From: Raillietiella orientalis
Lineage: Eukaryota
DNA: 64,000 bases
Assembly (NCBI GenBank): GCA_036172245.1
Contig: JAYWIR010000018.1
Span: 620,001-684,000, forward strand
Direction: 5' to 3'
The position numbers were made by a program, and so were the translations under genes. Of this stretch, positions 11,901 to 24,059 are shown piece after piece. Numbering within the stretch: the first letter of the stretch is position 1; each line of letters begins with the position of its first letter. Below the pieces are notes generated by a model. That model was not told the DNA's origin and did not search any database. It saw nothing but the letters and a program-made list of their open reading frames with translations.

Positions 11901-14900
11901 GTGTGTTCCTCCTTCATTTACTCCTCAGTGCTGATCCCGTCGAGGGATTTGTATTCTACGAAAAGCATCAAGGCAAAAGCAACGTCTGATTTCCGTCAGC
12001 ATAGTAACAGAGCTAGCAGGCGCAGAAAGTTTCGAAGAAGCTGGACACGGGAAGCGAGTGGAATTGTTCATGAAGTTTGGAACTTTGAATGAAAGTTGAT
12101 CCAGAATTTTGGGGATTCTGTCCCTGACTTTGCATTTCACTCCAGGGCAGAGATGGATCTTAACTTGTCGCTCCTAGATTTTCTCGTTTCATTGTGCACC
12201 TGGTTTCTGTCTGTATCGGTCTCCAGCGTTCCCTTCTTGAAACAGTTCTTTATATAAATCATCCTGCATCATACTCAGAGTTTTGCCTTTGAGTGTGTGT
12301 GTGCAGAGGCTTTGACACTCTATCAAACTTCAGACTGTGTTTGCCCGGACATCATACTCTTCGCGTCGCTTATCCCTCTTTGGTTCTATTCTCGAAACAT
12401 CTTTAATGTTTTACGTGCTCAAGAAACACTGGTGTAAATAGATTTTAGCATAGTGAAACGGAACTCGATTCTCATCCCATGGATCTGCCTAGCTTTACAT
12501 AGATGATTCCATTCCATTAACCAAACCTTTGATTCGTTTCACTCAAAGTTTTTGCTTCTTACGTATGCAAAGTATGCAAAAGGGAGGGTTTCCACGTGCT
12601 CTGACAATACCTGAAGATCACACTGATGGCATTTAATTGCTACAGCAATCCGGATTAATTCCTGGCTTCTCACCCTCAACACAATCCGGGAGACGTGAGC
12701 AGCTCTGTCATGCGGCCTAATTTCGAACCCTGGATGTAGAAAACTCGGCGCACGCCGGATAAGCCTAGCGCTTTGTGGACCCGACTGCTGTTCCTAGGCA
12801 GAAATACTGGGAAGAAATACTGAGTTGTAAAGGTGGCATTTACGGGTAGGACAAGGAGAAATGAAGTGGATGCAGAGTGCTTTTCTTTCCTGCTTGTTCC
12901 TCAGTCGTAGCGTTCATGCCGAAAACCGGACGTTGAAAGGTAGCGGTCGATTTTCCCATTTATCATTTCGTGACGCTCTTGCCGACCTTTTAAAAGGTTA
13001 GTTTTTCCGACAGAATTCCTAGGACCGGATTCGGTTCCTTTCTCTCTTAATCCTTGCTGCATGATTGCTTAGTGTGTGTACGTATATATCTGCCCAGGTC
13101 ACCTCCGCTCATCTCGTTCCCATAGTGGAAAATCCTGAACGGAGACACTGTTGCTACCCGCTGCCACGTCCGCGGACAGGGACACCTCTTGCGTGCTTTT
13201 CCTGGGAGCCTGTTCTTCGAATTGCTCGTCTCTGTGGTACAAGTGCGCTCACTCTCGGGTTGTGAAAACATAGAAGAGTGGCTCCGCATTTTTTGGGGGG
13301 GTTTTTGTTGGACATACAAGAAGACTATAGTCTTGTATGTCCGCCGTCAGGCGTCTTGTATGTATAGCACAGCCGTTAGGCGCTTCAATACGTCGAAGCA
13401 CAGGGGCAGCACTTATTCTTGTTTTCACTGGGAACTCTTTATTTGCGTATGTGGACCAAGATCAGCTCATATGGGAGAATTCTCTCCTGCTGGAGAGAAT
13501 TGAAGAAAAGCAACAGGAAGAGGAATCTACTGGCCGCGGCATCTTCCGATCCTCTACACTAGGAAGACCATGACAGACACTTTTAGCCGACGGGATGGTG
13601 AATTGCCCAAGAGGAAAGGGACAAACCAGGTAGATGAGTACAGAAAGCTGCCTGCGACTTGTGAGGAAAAGGGGAGGAGATCCGATTCGACCCTGTTTCC
13701 TAAGGAAGGTTGCCACCGCTAGTGCTGTCCCCCCCTGTTATAAGCCAAGATGACCTTTCTTTCGGAAGTGGGAAACTTTGCATTGGAAATGCTACATTGA
13801 CTAGAAAAACCCTGTTTTTTCCAGGGTCCATTGCTAAGAACCCCATGAAAGGGAGGAGCTCAGCTTAGGAGTGGAGAAAAATATCCCTCAAAGGTCCTAA
13901 AAGGATCCCGCGTCTTCCTGCTTTTCGGAGAAGGAGGGGGGAAAAAGAAGGACTCCCTGAGAGCGTAGCAAACCAGGGTAAAAGGAAGAACCGTCGCAGG
14001 AGGGAATCATTAGCATTCCTGTTAAGAGCCGACGGTTGTCTTCTAACATCTCTTCAGGGCAGGAGAGGAGAAGCAAGGATGAGAGAGGTGCGATGCTACC
14101 TGATGTCCTGAGAAAAATTTCACAAGACTACCTTCCCGTGCGCGTTCTTGAGAGAAAGAGAAGAGAGAGATGGGAAGAGATGGGAAGGATAGTTGGAGGG
14201 GACTTTGGGAGATAATGGGATGACATTCCATCGTAGGACAAAAAGGCTTTGTTTACAGTTATATGGTGACTTGGCAAGAGTGGAGATGAGCTAGAGGAGC
14301 CGTGTTTAGTGGGAACGTGATGGAGGGGAGGCACGTGGAGCCTTGGGGCAATCAAGGGCACTTGCCGATCCATCAATGCGCATCATTGTTCAGGGACTCT
14401 TTGTAACATCTATCAGATTTGCTGCGAAGATACAGCTTCCGAGGTCGACGTGTGCAATACGTTGTGGAGTCGTCCCCAGTAAGCAAAAATTTGAGTAGAG
14501 TCGTTCCGACTCATGTGTTGGATGTTTTTTTGGATATGATTGTTTGAATTGAATTCTGGTATTCATCAAATAGTAAGTACAGCCTGAGCTCCTTTGACTC
14601 CGAATGAATTCTTATACTGACCGAATGTGCGAATTCCATTTGACAGCCTTATTAATAGAAACTCTCAGCAGATGGGAAAAGGTTTGAAGGAAACGTTGGC
14701 TTGTCTGGCAATTTGGGTTGCGCAAGCGAATGGAGATGGTGATCTCTGAGTGCGTTTAATTTGGCCAGGATTTCCACTGAGAATCAAGAAGCAATGCACT
14801 GGCAATCTTGCATCTCGATGAAGCGACAGAATGGAGTACGTCCCTCTTAAGAATAAAGATTAGGTAGTAATGGTGAACGAAAGTCATGTATCCCTTGAAG

Positions 14901-17900
14901 GTGCAAGAACAGACGTCAGCTTTAGCCACACAACAATGAAATCTTCAGCGACAATAGAGCGCGCTTTAGAACTTCGTATCGATCAAACATTGATTGGGAG
15001 CTAGGCTAAATACCACACGGGCTCTCCTTGGTTTCAGCTTGCTTTTGCTTGCCACAAGGCCCTCTTTAGCCAAAATACGAAAACCACACCCCTTTTTAAA
15101 CACCTCTTCTCGCTGACGTGCATTTCATCGATCATAAAGAACTCATTCGAATATTTTCTGACAAACTGCTTATTCGAGTACTTCACATTTTTTGTCGTTG
15201 AAAATTTCATGCATTGAGGCAAAAGAGAGAGGGAGAGAGACGGAGAAATTTCCATAAGTTTCCAATATTCACGAATTCGACTTCAATTATTCCTTAACCG
15301 TTTCCAAGGTTTCCCGTTCAAGCTCGGCTCACATCAAGTGGTCACGGTTGCGTTCTCACGACACCAATCTCGTTTGGCAGTTTTATCGGGTGCAGTCTTT
15401 CCTAGCTGAGGTAACTTCCAGTGTGCATAATTACAGCCGGGATGAGGACAAGAGGAATGGGTAATCGCCAGGTTTGCATAGTGCGTTCCGTGAGCCTTAA
15501 TGCCAGATGGCACGCTGCTTTTCCCTCACGCTACTGCGCTCCATCTTTGACTGCCGCTGCCCACTCATCGCGCACCAGCGTTTCTGGACGCAGGAACTGC
15601 CCGTCCCGCCTTACCGATTCGAAAGTCCGGAAGGTGTTGGGAGCGATGAGCTTTCGCAGCGGAACTCACAACGGCGGAGAGCTCGCTACTCCTTCAGCAC
15701 CGCCCGCGTCTCCTCCGTTCCCAACTCTGCTGATAGACAATCGATCTTTGCACAAGCGCACTTGTCCTGTGGCATCCTCAACGGGGAGAACAAAAGAAAA
15801 AAAAAAAGGCGACTGTTGCGAAAGTCGGTTTCTCGAATGGCTTGCTCGGAAGGAAGGCGATGAGCTGTGCATTCACAGCATCCTCTCGTGCTTCCCCCCG
15901 CATCCGGTCGCAACGAAGACGGTTTTCTCGCGGGAGGAACCTGTTCCGATTGGAGTAAGGACCGGCGGTGATTCCACTCGTGGCGAGCGAGCTCCCTGAC
16001 GCGCGCTCGTCAGGGGGTGCGTGTGTGTGTGCGGCGCTTCTCGTCGCTGAGGAAGCGACCGACGGCTTTGACGTCGGGACCGGCGAGAATGGGAGGGAAA
16101 ACGCGGCCGACCGAAGGAAGGAGACACTCACGTGCTCGCTTCGACGTCATCACACAGACTGCTGACGGAGCAGCTTTGAGGACAATCTGAGTCGTCATCG
16201 TATTGCTGAGGACGCCACCTGCGCTCGTGTGATCGTCGGCGCTATCTCCCTGTGGCATCACCATCCCTGCCCGAGGAGCTGCAAGTGATTCCTTCGACCT
16301 CTGAAAGGAAGGGCAGAAGGAGTCCAGCTTAAAGGATACGCTGCCCAGAGGGAAGGAGTTTCCAGTGGATGGCCGTCGGGATGGGGGACAGGGGTCCGGG
16401 TGATATTCCTTGTACCTCTTCTCCGCGCTATCCATCCTCGGGGCGAGGCCGTACCTGACCTTCTGCCCACTAGCTGCAGAAGGGCGCACGCTTCCTCCTT
16501 CGCCTCGCACGGGACGCGCATGGTTCTCTCCGCGGACCTTCCCTTCCGGTGGAGGCAGCGCTCACGTTTGGGTTCGCCACAGGCAGGTGTTGCTAGACCC
16601 TCTCGGTTTCCCCGCGACTAGAACCTTGCCAGTGCCTACCGCCGTCGCCATTTCCGAGACGAACGGCGGCCCGCTGAGACTCTGCGGTCCTTCGTTAGAA
16701 AGCGCGTGCTAGCCTACGTCTTCCCCCTTCCCCCTGTCACTTTCCCGTCCCTGAGCTTCCTCTGATCACCCTCTGACCCCGGTACGCCTCATGTGTTGCA
16801 GTGCGTCGTCTGCTGTTGTGCCCGCGCCGTGATGCGCACCTTCCCCTGCGGCCACCAGGTGGTCTGCCGCAGGTGCTTCGTGAAGACGATCCAGGTCGCC
16901 CTCAGACAGAGGGCGCTACCTCTCCGCTGCGTCATCTGCCGAGAGAAGGTGCTCAAGCTGAAGCAGGCATGCCCCGTGACCGGTCCCTCCGATGGGCCGC
17001 ATTGCCGTGTCAGCCAGTCGCCTTCCTCCTTCTCCGTGACGTCAGGATCCTCTTCCGCCTCCAGTAAGCGACGCGGACTTCCGGCCCCTATTCTTCCCGC
17101 CTCTCCTGCCCACCAGGTGTTTCCAACGTCTCCTCCTCGAGCTCCGGAACGGTGGGGAGCAGGTCCTCCGGGAAGGTGCGCTTCGCTGAGCCGCTGGTGT
17201 GTCCGCCCCCAGGCGAGGAAGCGCAGCTCCCCTGCCAGGTAAGGGAGCAAACAGATCCCGCTGGGTCAGTCCTACCCTCCAGCTGAGTCCCCCTCTCGGG
17301 AGCTGCAGAGAACCCTGTGGGTCCTGGGGCTGACCACCACTGCCCAGCCTCCGGAAAAACGGGAAGGAGCAGCAAATGAAAGACCCGCGATGGGGTGAAA
17401 GTGGGGAAGGGAGAGCGAGAAATGAGGGGGAGCGAGGGACATTTCCGTCCTCGCATCCACCGTCTTGTACGCGAGCGCGGGTGCGCAGACTTGGGCAGTG
17501 CCCTGGGGTTTTCCTTTTCCTTCGCGGCCCGAAGGGCTCGATACAGGAGTCGCGGGGTGCGGCCCCGTTCCGAAAACGGACTGAGTAAGCCGTCGTCCCC
17601 TGCCCTTCGTGAAAAACAGGATGTGGAATGGAGCCCTATCACCCTGAGCCCTTCCCTGCAGAGTTCGCTCGGAGAAAGGGGGAGGGGGAGGCTGCTCGTG
17701 GCGTGGCGACAGAGCCACCTGTAGAAACATCCGCGGGATGTCCACCTCTTCCCATGCCGGCGAGCGGAGCCACGGTCCCCGCGGGTGGAGGTGCCTGACA
17801 CAAAGCCGACGGCACAGGTTGGACACAAAGGATGAGGCCTCCCGGACGGTTAGCAGGGGATTCCCGAATCCATCCTTCCGGCGGAAGGAAAGAAAAGAGG

Positions 17901-20900
17901 AGGGGCGAAGCTGCCAGCAGCCGCCCGCGACGCTAGGGTCCGCCGAGTCCCGGGGGTGAGGGGCGGCGTCTTGGAAGGGAAGCACCCCTTCCTTGGGAGG
18001 GGTGCAGAGCAGGGTCGGATGCTCATTCGGTTCTTGGAGAAGCTGTGGACGGACTCATCGGGGTTCTTCCTTTTCCTCAGGTGCGAGTCTTCCAGACTGA
18101 GATGGAGAATCGGGTGCACCATGCAAAGTCTTCAAACCGATGGGTCTTCCATGTGCTGGACGGGGCCAGTGTCCGCGTTCGCGTGTTCGAAACGCAACTG
18201 TGGTGTTTCAGGTAGACGTGGGGTGTTCGAAAGGAGTTCAAGGTCATTCAAGGAGTTCGTTTGGAAAGGATTAGAATCGTCTCAAGGTCTCTTGACTTCG
18301 ATTCGAAGCACAAAAATTAGCCTTGAGGTGCTGAAAGGGAGTCCGAGGTGTTTGGACCAGGATTAGGGTGCTCGCAATGTTTCAAAGGTCTGTCATTAGG
18401 ATGGAGATGCTCCGAACGAGCACCTAACATGTCTCAGTGAGAGTGGCAGTGTTCATTCAAAGTTTAGACTGCAGTATGGGGGGTGTTTATCAGGAGAGGA
18501 AGGTGTGGGAGCGAGATCAGGGTGTTCAGGAGAAGCTCGTGGTTCTCGGAGCGAGTTTCAGGTGTCTGCCACTCCTGAGAGCTGCCGCTCTCCAGCAAGT
18601 CCTGTCTTGGCTGAGTCACATGATCCCCACCTTCGTGTGGCGCGCCACTATTCGATAGGTTTGCTCTTTCATCACCTCATCATCTTTGACGTTGCTCAGC
18701 AACCGGAAGACAGAGAAGGGTGCAGCTGTGGAGGACGGGGAGTGTCAGCATGGATGTCTGAAATACCTCGCCTCTCTTCGTCCCACCCTGCCGGTGGAGG
18801 AAGTACTGACAGCTTCTCACGAACCGTGGCGGTTGCCCTCTCCCGTCCGTCCTTGGAAGTGCCATCTGTCTCAGCTTGTCCGGCTTCGCCCTCCTCCCGA
18901 TAGGGACGAAGAAAGGACAAGAAGAAAGAGGGTTCCGTGGAGACGAGAATGAAACCCTTATCTGAAAAGCTTGACCACTGCCCGATACCGCTGCCACGTG
19001 CATCCACCATCCATCTTTTTGTCACGACCGGGTCCTAGAGCATCTGCTCTGAGGCAGCAGCAGCCATCAAACAAAGACGCCTCTACAGGCTCTCCAGAAC
19101 TTTAATTTTTCCTTTCCCGTTCGTGCCTAGAGCGGGTGTGCCATGAGGCCGAAAGCAACGCCACCGACACTGGCAGCGGCATCGCCAAGCGCGAGACAGA
19201 GAACCGAAAGCTCTCGTTTGCGTGTGGCCGTCGCTCTTCTGCTCTCTTACGAAAATGATGCGGGGAGAAAAGCAGATCCCACGTAAGAAGACCCTGGACA
19301 CTGCCGCACAAGTCATTCGAGGGACGCTGGATGGTAGCACCATTTGCCGGAAGAAGCCAGTTTTCGTGCGCGCGCTTCTGTGTTGCTCAGCTATGCTTCC
19401 TGTCTTTCCAAGTGTTCTCCTCTTGCAATCCCCTGGAAAGTAAGCAGAAGATCAATTCGAAGCGAGTGGAAGTGAGGTTGCACGCAGCGTACTTCCTTGG
19501 GAGGGGGAGAAGGGTCGCCGCTGGGGGAAAGGCTAGCCGTGGTAAGCCCCGCTTGCCTTTAGGTCATCACCGTTGTCCCGTTTCTCACTCCATCCTTTAC
19601 AGCGTCCTTGATTTTGGCCTTTGTTCGCATGCAACTTCTCCCAGGCGGAAGAATCAAGTGGGAGAGGCTGCGTTGCGCTTTTCCTCCTCCGTGTCTCCGC
19701 CGTGAGCGCTACGAGTACGGCCCAATGGCCTGTGGGGGCAGCAGATCAAGAGAGGAGGAGGAGAAGGATTGACTTTTTCGATCCAACAGATCCCCTGCCC
19801 CAGGGTCTATCACTGTCCACATGTCTGTCCTTGCAGTCTGGGATCATTTCTCCGTCACACCGAAGGGATTGCGAAGCCAGGAGAATCGCCTGAGGGAGAG
19901 TGTACCCTCCCTCGGGACCGTCCAATTTTGCTAACCGCTGCGAAGACGGTCATCCCGTTGATCCTTATAACCCAGCACCCTTTTGACATACTTTCCGCGG
20001 ACAGGCAGGGAACCTTGTAGCATCCGCGGCGTTTCTTCCCTGCCCACCGGCGCTGACTTCCAGTTCTCTCATTTCCAGAGGCCGCTAGAGGATGCTCTTA
20101 GGAAGAAAGGTCCCCCCTTGGGCTGCGAACGAGCAGAGGACGGGGACTTCGTTCCTCCCATTCGCCAGTTCCAGCTGGAGTTTCAGAAGAACCTCGCCGT
20201 AGGGAAGGCGGCGCCAGCTAGCCGGGAGCAGCAGAAGCTGCGCAGGAGCACCAGGATCAGGTTGTTTCTCCTCGCCCCTCTGCCGTGGGGCAGGGAGGGA
20301 AAGGATATCGGGTGCCAACGAGAGGTCCCCCCTTAACGGAAGGACCACGTGAAGGGGGTGAAACCTCCCGCAGTGGACATGGAGGCCTCGGTGCTCCAAG
20401 CCAGCGCAGTTAAGTGCTGACTCCACACAGCCGTTCCGAGCAGCCTCGTCCATGCCACCGCCTCGTCCTACGATCGGCGACTCACCCTACCTCGCTGCCA
20501 AAATCTGTCACCGACCGTAACAGCGTCGCGTCTGTTGGCTGCGCACCCTCGTCCAGTTCCTCGTGGAAAACGAAAAAATCCCTGCAGAGATCTTCCTCCC
20601 TCCACCTTCCCCCTCCAGGTGCCTGACCCGAGCGCCAACGTTTCTGCTCCTTCGGACGGACGGCAGGAGCGTAGATTGCGCCTCGGTAGGTCGCATCACC
20701 CGGAGGTAGCCACCTACAATAGACGATTTCCCCCGCGGACAATTTTACGACTAATGTCGTCCGCAGAAGCAACATCTCGGTTTTCTGGCGCGTTTCCTAG
20801 AAGATCCTCCAGCGCGAGAAGCGGCGGTGCTCCCAAGAGGTGAACCGGCCAAACATCCGGCGCTCCCTCCGCTCATTTGGTGGAAACTCCGCTCTTCCAT

Positions 20901-21500
20901 CGCTAGCCCGAGCGCCCAAGCCAATCTCCCACCAACGCATCGCCGTTACCACTCGTGGCTGAGACCTTCCAGAGCAAGGTGACCTCTTCCTCCCCCGAGC
21001 ATCAATCTTGGGCAGCGTGCTGCACAGTGGTCCGTGGCATGTCCTCGTCTTGCTTATACTAACCGCCAACCTTGCTCTGAGGTTTAGACATCTCCAGTCC
21101 CCTTCACGTCAGGTCACCTGAATGTCCGCTTCTCGACAGAAGAGAGCTCAGCAGGGGAGGGAGGGGGGGACGGTTTAGGAACCGCAGAAAAGAAAGAAAA
21201 AGGTAGGAGAGGCAGATGGTCCGGTTGAGCGAGCGTCTTGGACTGGTACGCCAGGAAGGTCCTCTTCGGCTGTGCTTTGTCCCCAGTCCCTCGGGATGGA
21301 GGACCAAAGAGGAAGGGGAAGTGTTACGACTCCCTGAGGCATTTCTGCCTCCTTCCAGGTGCACCGAGAAGCTGGTCCAGCAGCTGGAGAAGGATGTGAG
21401 AGAGCGCTTTTCGGCAAGGGATGACTCTGCGGCTGAACAGACTGGGCGCAGGAAGGAGAGGCAGGCCGCGACAGCCGGCACAGCCAGGTCAGCGGATTGA
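8921..21500 (+). CDS. Uncharacterised C3HC4 (RING-HC) zinc-finger protein, putative E3 ubiquitin ligase, about 306 aa, 6 coding exons
   Basis: Exons 8921-9070, 9957-10019, 16802-17063, 17117-17238, 20079-20260 and 21359-21500 are all GT-AG and phase-compatible (921 nt). Spliced protein: MPSESPLAKS..ERELSALSRKI|TKLLIKLDDHEVEMAQSQDDE|CVVCCCARAVMRTFPCGHQVVCRRCFVKTIQVALRQRALPLRCVICREK..Ser-rich..|..FVPPIRQFQLEF..STRIR|CTEKLVQQLE.. RING spacing is C-x2-C-x11-C-x-H-x3-C-x2-C-x17-C-x2-C. The RING exon is high confidence. The start codon and last exon are less certain (alternative terminal exon 21558-21684). Confidence 0.75.
10230..11300 (+). mobile_element. Decayed BEL/Pao integrase remnant inside intron 2 of the RING gene
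   Basis: TVYVPRSRACTRRATHLV (~10310-10365; KxYxxLFTCxxTRAVHLE), GEYQRL (~10590; GGFYERL), TEVLVLTFSP (~10655; EVExxLNSRP), AWRKFPVLW (~11050), AWTSAK (~11213; WxLARI), in Pao integrase order. Confidence 0.5.
11600..12100 (+). mobile_element. Remnant of an APE-type endonuclease from a CR1/L2-like LINE
   Basis: SVIMGDFIIPALNWE (~11705-11750) resembles the LINE endonuclease motif IMGDFNxPxINW. The flanks are interrupted by stops. Confidence 0.4.
13100..15000 (+). mobile_element. Possible decayed BEL/Pao gag-protease region (intronic)
   Basis: RCHVRGQGHLLRAFP followed by EEWLRIFWGGFCWT and GSTYSCFH resemble the tandem Cys/His knuckles of Pao Gag. Weak protease-region echoes lie downstream. Very eroded. 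Confidence 0.3.
18500..19600 (-). mobile_element. Decayed BEL/Pao integrase remnant (intronic, antisense)
   Basis: Minus-strand ENWLLPANGATIQRPSNDLCGSV (YWIxxGRxxVKxxxxxCxxC), RPHANESFRFSVSRLAMPL (RVxxxxPFxxxGxDxAGPL) and KRWMVDARG..SFSDKG (RRFxARRG..SDNG). Confidence 0.35.
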
Positions 21501-21949
21501 GAGAGCACTCGCCTCCTCCCGCCGAGAGGGGAGGCAGCCGAGGCTCCTGCGCACCAGCAGAGGCAGCTCAGAGACACCCGACCTGATTGTCCCAACACGC
21601 CGAGACGATGACAGCATGACCCTGCCCTCGGACCCAAAGGAAAGTCAAGAGAATGGGAAGTTTGAGGGGCGGTGCCGGCAGTAGCCTCCGTCCAGCATCG
21701 GGGAAGCCCACCACCTTGTACAGTGTATGAGTATGTGTACAGGACATGGTTGCGCTCATGCCCCCACGGACCAGAGTACCACGTGTAGATGACTGTTGTA
21801 GTGACGTGACCTTGGGAAGCCACGTCCCGGAATAAAAAGTGCACTACTGCGTTTCCCGGCGTGCCAGCAGCCGCGGAAGCGCGTCCTTCTTTTCTTTTGC
21901 TTTCGGGGAGTGGGAGGGAAGGGGGGAGCTGAGAGCTTCCGACCGGGAT

Positions 21950-24050
21950 CATCCCACCCTTTCCAAGCGTTGCTGTTGATGACAAAGATCAGCAGAGGCA
22001 GGCGTCATCGGCGTCCTCCCCGGCTGCCACGATCCAGTGCGAGTTCTCCGGAGCATCCCGTAAGGGAATACTTCCGCAATCCGGGACTCGAAGCAGAAGC
22101 AAGGTGGGCGGCCGACTCGGTAGAACCAAAGCAATGTGAAACTGGGTGGAGAGACCCTTCCAGGTCGCCTGCGGATTGATGAGGATCCCACAACTGTTTC
22201 CTCAGTTTCAGCGGAGGCAGTGAAGCTCACCAAGGCGCTGACCTCCGCACGCAACCAGCAGCAACGAAAGAGGCACAACTCGAGGAGGAGCAACAGTAGT
22301 GGCCGATAGCCGCCGGTGGCAGCAACACCTGGTTTGCCTTCTCTGGCCTCACTGTCAACCCTGCCAGAGTCGCCGGTGCAGGAGAACAAGTCGCGAGCGG
22401 ACTCCCGCACGACCAGCCACCGGGCGGAAGGGAACGGGAGAGCTGACTCCACTCCTACCTCTCGCCGACAACCCCTACCGAGTCGGCGGCAGCCTCGACG
22501 CTTTCTCCCGTTTGGACGAACGCGCAGGAAGAAACGGACACCGTCCAAGACAAACCCTGGACGGATTCATCTTCTCCCTCCGTCCCTCTTTGCGCGTTTA
22601 CGGGAAGAGTGCGTCACGTGCTGCCACTTCTACAGAATCCTTGAGGTCATGTCTCGACCCTGTGACGGGGCATGCGGTCGCTGCGCGTCCGGGAAGCTGC
22701 ATGGCCGTCCGCCGTCGGCGGACACGAGGAGCATCTTTCGAGGCCAGGGCCCTCAGGATGAGGGAAGGATCGGCGGCCGACGAAACAGCCTGATCGCCAC
22801 TACGAGCCTCACCACGGCGTTTGCACCGGTGTGCAAGAACGTGGCGAACTGCCTGCCGTTCACTCGGAACACCGCCGCGAGGAGCGGTCATTCCCCTTCG
22901 ATGACAGGTTCCGGAATAAGTACCGGATTCTCTTTCGTCTCGATCTGCGTGGCGTTCAAACGCAGTGTGGCACTGCCGCCCGCATTGCACGACGGATTTC
23001 TCCAGGGACTTAGGATCGACTGAACCGTGCTCAAAGGCTGCTTGCATGGGACCCTTCTCCACATCAGACTTCCAGGATCTCATGGGAGTATTTGCTACTA
23101 CCACCAAGATCTGCACCGACGGCGGCTCCAGGAGAGCTCACGCCCAAACCCTTCTGCGCGCACCGTCGCGACCCCCCTATTCGCTGGAAACTGAAGAACT
23201 TGCCGTCCTCTGGAACGCGCCCGGAAAGCTCGCTCCTGGTGTCGTCTTCCCAGAACCGATTCCCCTTCAGGCCGCATCGCACATGTGAAAGTAGGTGAAC
23301 GACGGCAGGGCGACCTAAAACCCGGTTGGAAGCACATACCCAGTGCAATCTCGAATGCTTCCCTCTCACGCACGTGTGGAGGGAGAGTGACTCCGGAAAG
23401 CAGCCCCCGCATTCCACAGGAGACACGTCCAGTTCTGAAGCGGGAAAATGCGTCTCGCTGACCGCTCCAAAGTCGAAAGAAGTCATAGAGAACCTCTGGT
23501 TGGAGAGGGGGAAAAAAATACTTTTGCACGCAGCACCAGCTGCGGCTACCTCAGGAACTGAGACTCTATGACCTCCCTAACCTCCCACATACAAAAGGTC
23601 CATACTACACCTCCAAACTCGAAGACAGCGCAGTCGTGCATCACTTGACAATTTTCCGGGCCAGAGAATTCCCATGCTTCGAAGGCGCAAACTTTGCTCC
23701 GACACGATGCAGGAACTTTGGGCTGCATCCCCTCCGCTGATACTGCCCGCTGTCTCACGTGCGGATGCAGATCCCGGACGACCAGACCGCTGCTGCCGGC
23801 CTCGCCTCCTCACAGGATCGAGTGCAGCGCTGCTCAGCGTGAGATACCGAGTGGTGCCGGCTACGCAACAGGCCTTTCGTTCCGCACTTTTCGAAGGCAA
23901 ACCCTTTTCCGCCTCGCAGCTCTTTCGACGGATCTTCGATGACCCGACGAGGGAGGGAGGACGCAACTCAAGTCAACCTTCCCGGTAGGTCGAGGTCCGC
24001 CGCGTGAAGTCATGAGAACATCCATCACGTCGAGCGCACGTTGTTTGAGA
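21950..24050 (-). mobile_element. Decayed BEL/Pao gag-protease remnant
   Basis: Minus-strand VNGRQFATFLHTGAN (~22865-22820) is protease-like with D replaced by H in DTG. Upstream lies REAFEIALGMCFQ (Gag knuckle-like); downstream lies KQLWD (FWxxE-like). Confidence 0.4.
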
Positions 24051-24059
24051 GGGCCTGCA

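Noticed and set aside
16793..17242. Stand-alone 149-aa RING ORF as given in the ORF track
   Set aside because: It begins at GTG just before a strong acceptor (16800-01), and splicing at 17064-17116 gives a more coherent Ser-rich continuation, so it is part of the larger gene.
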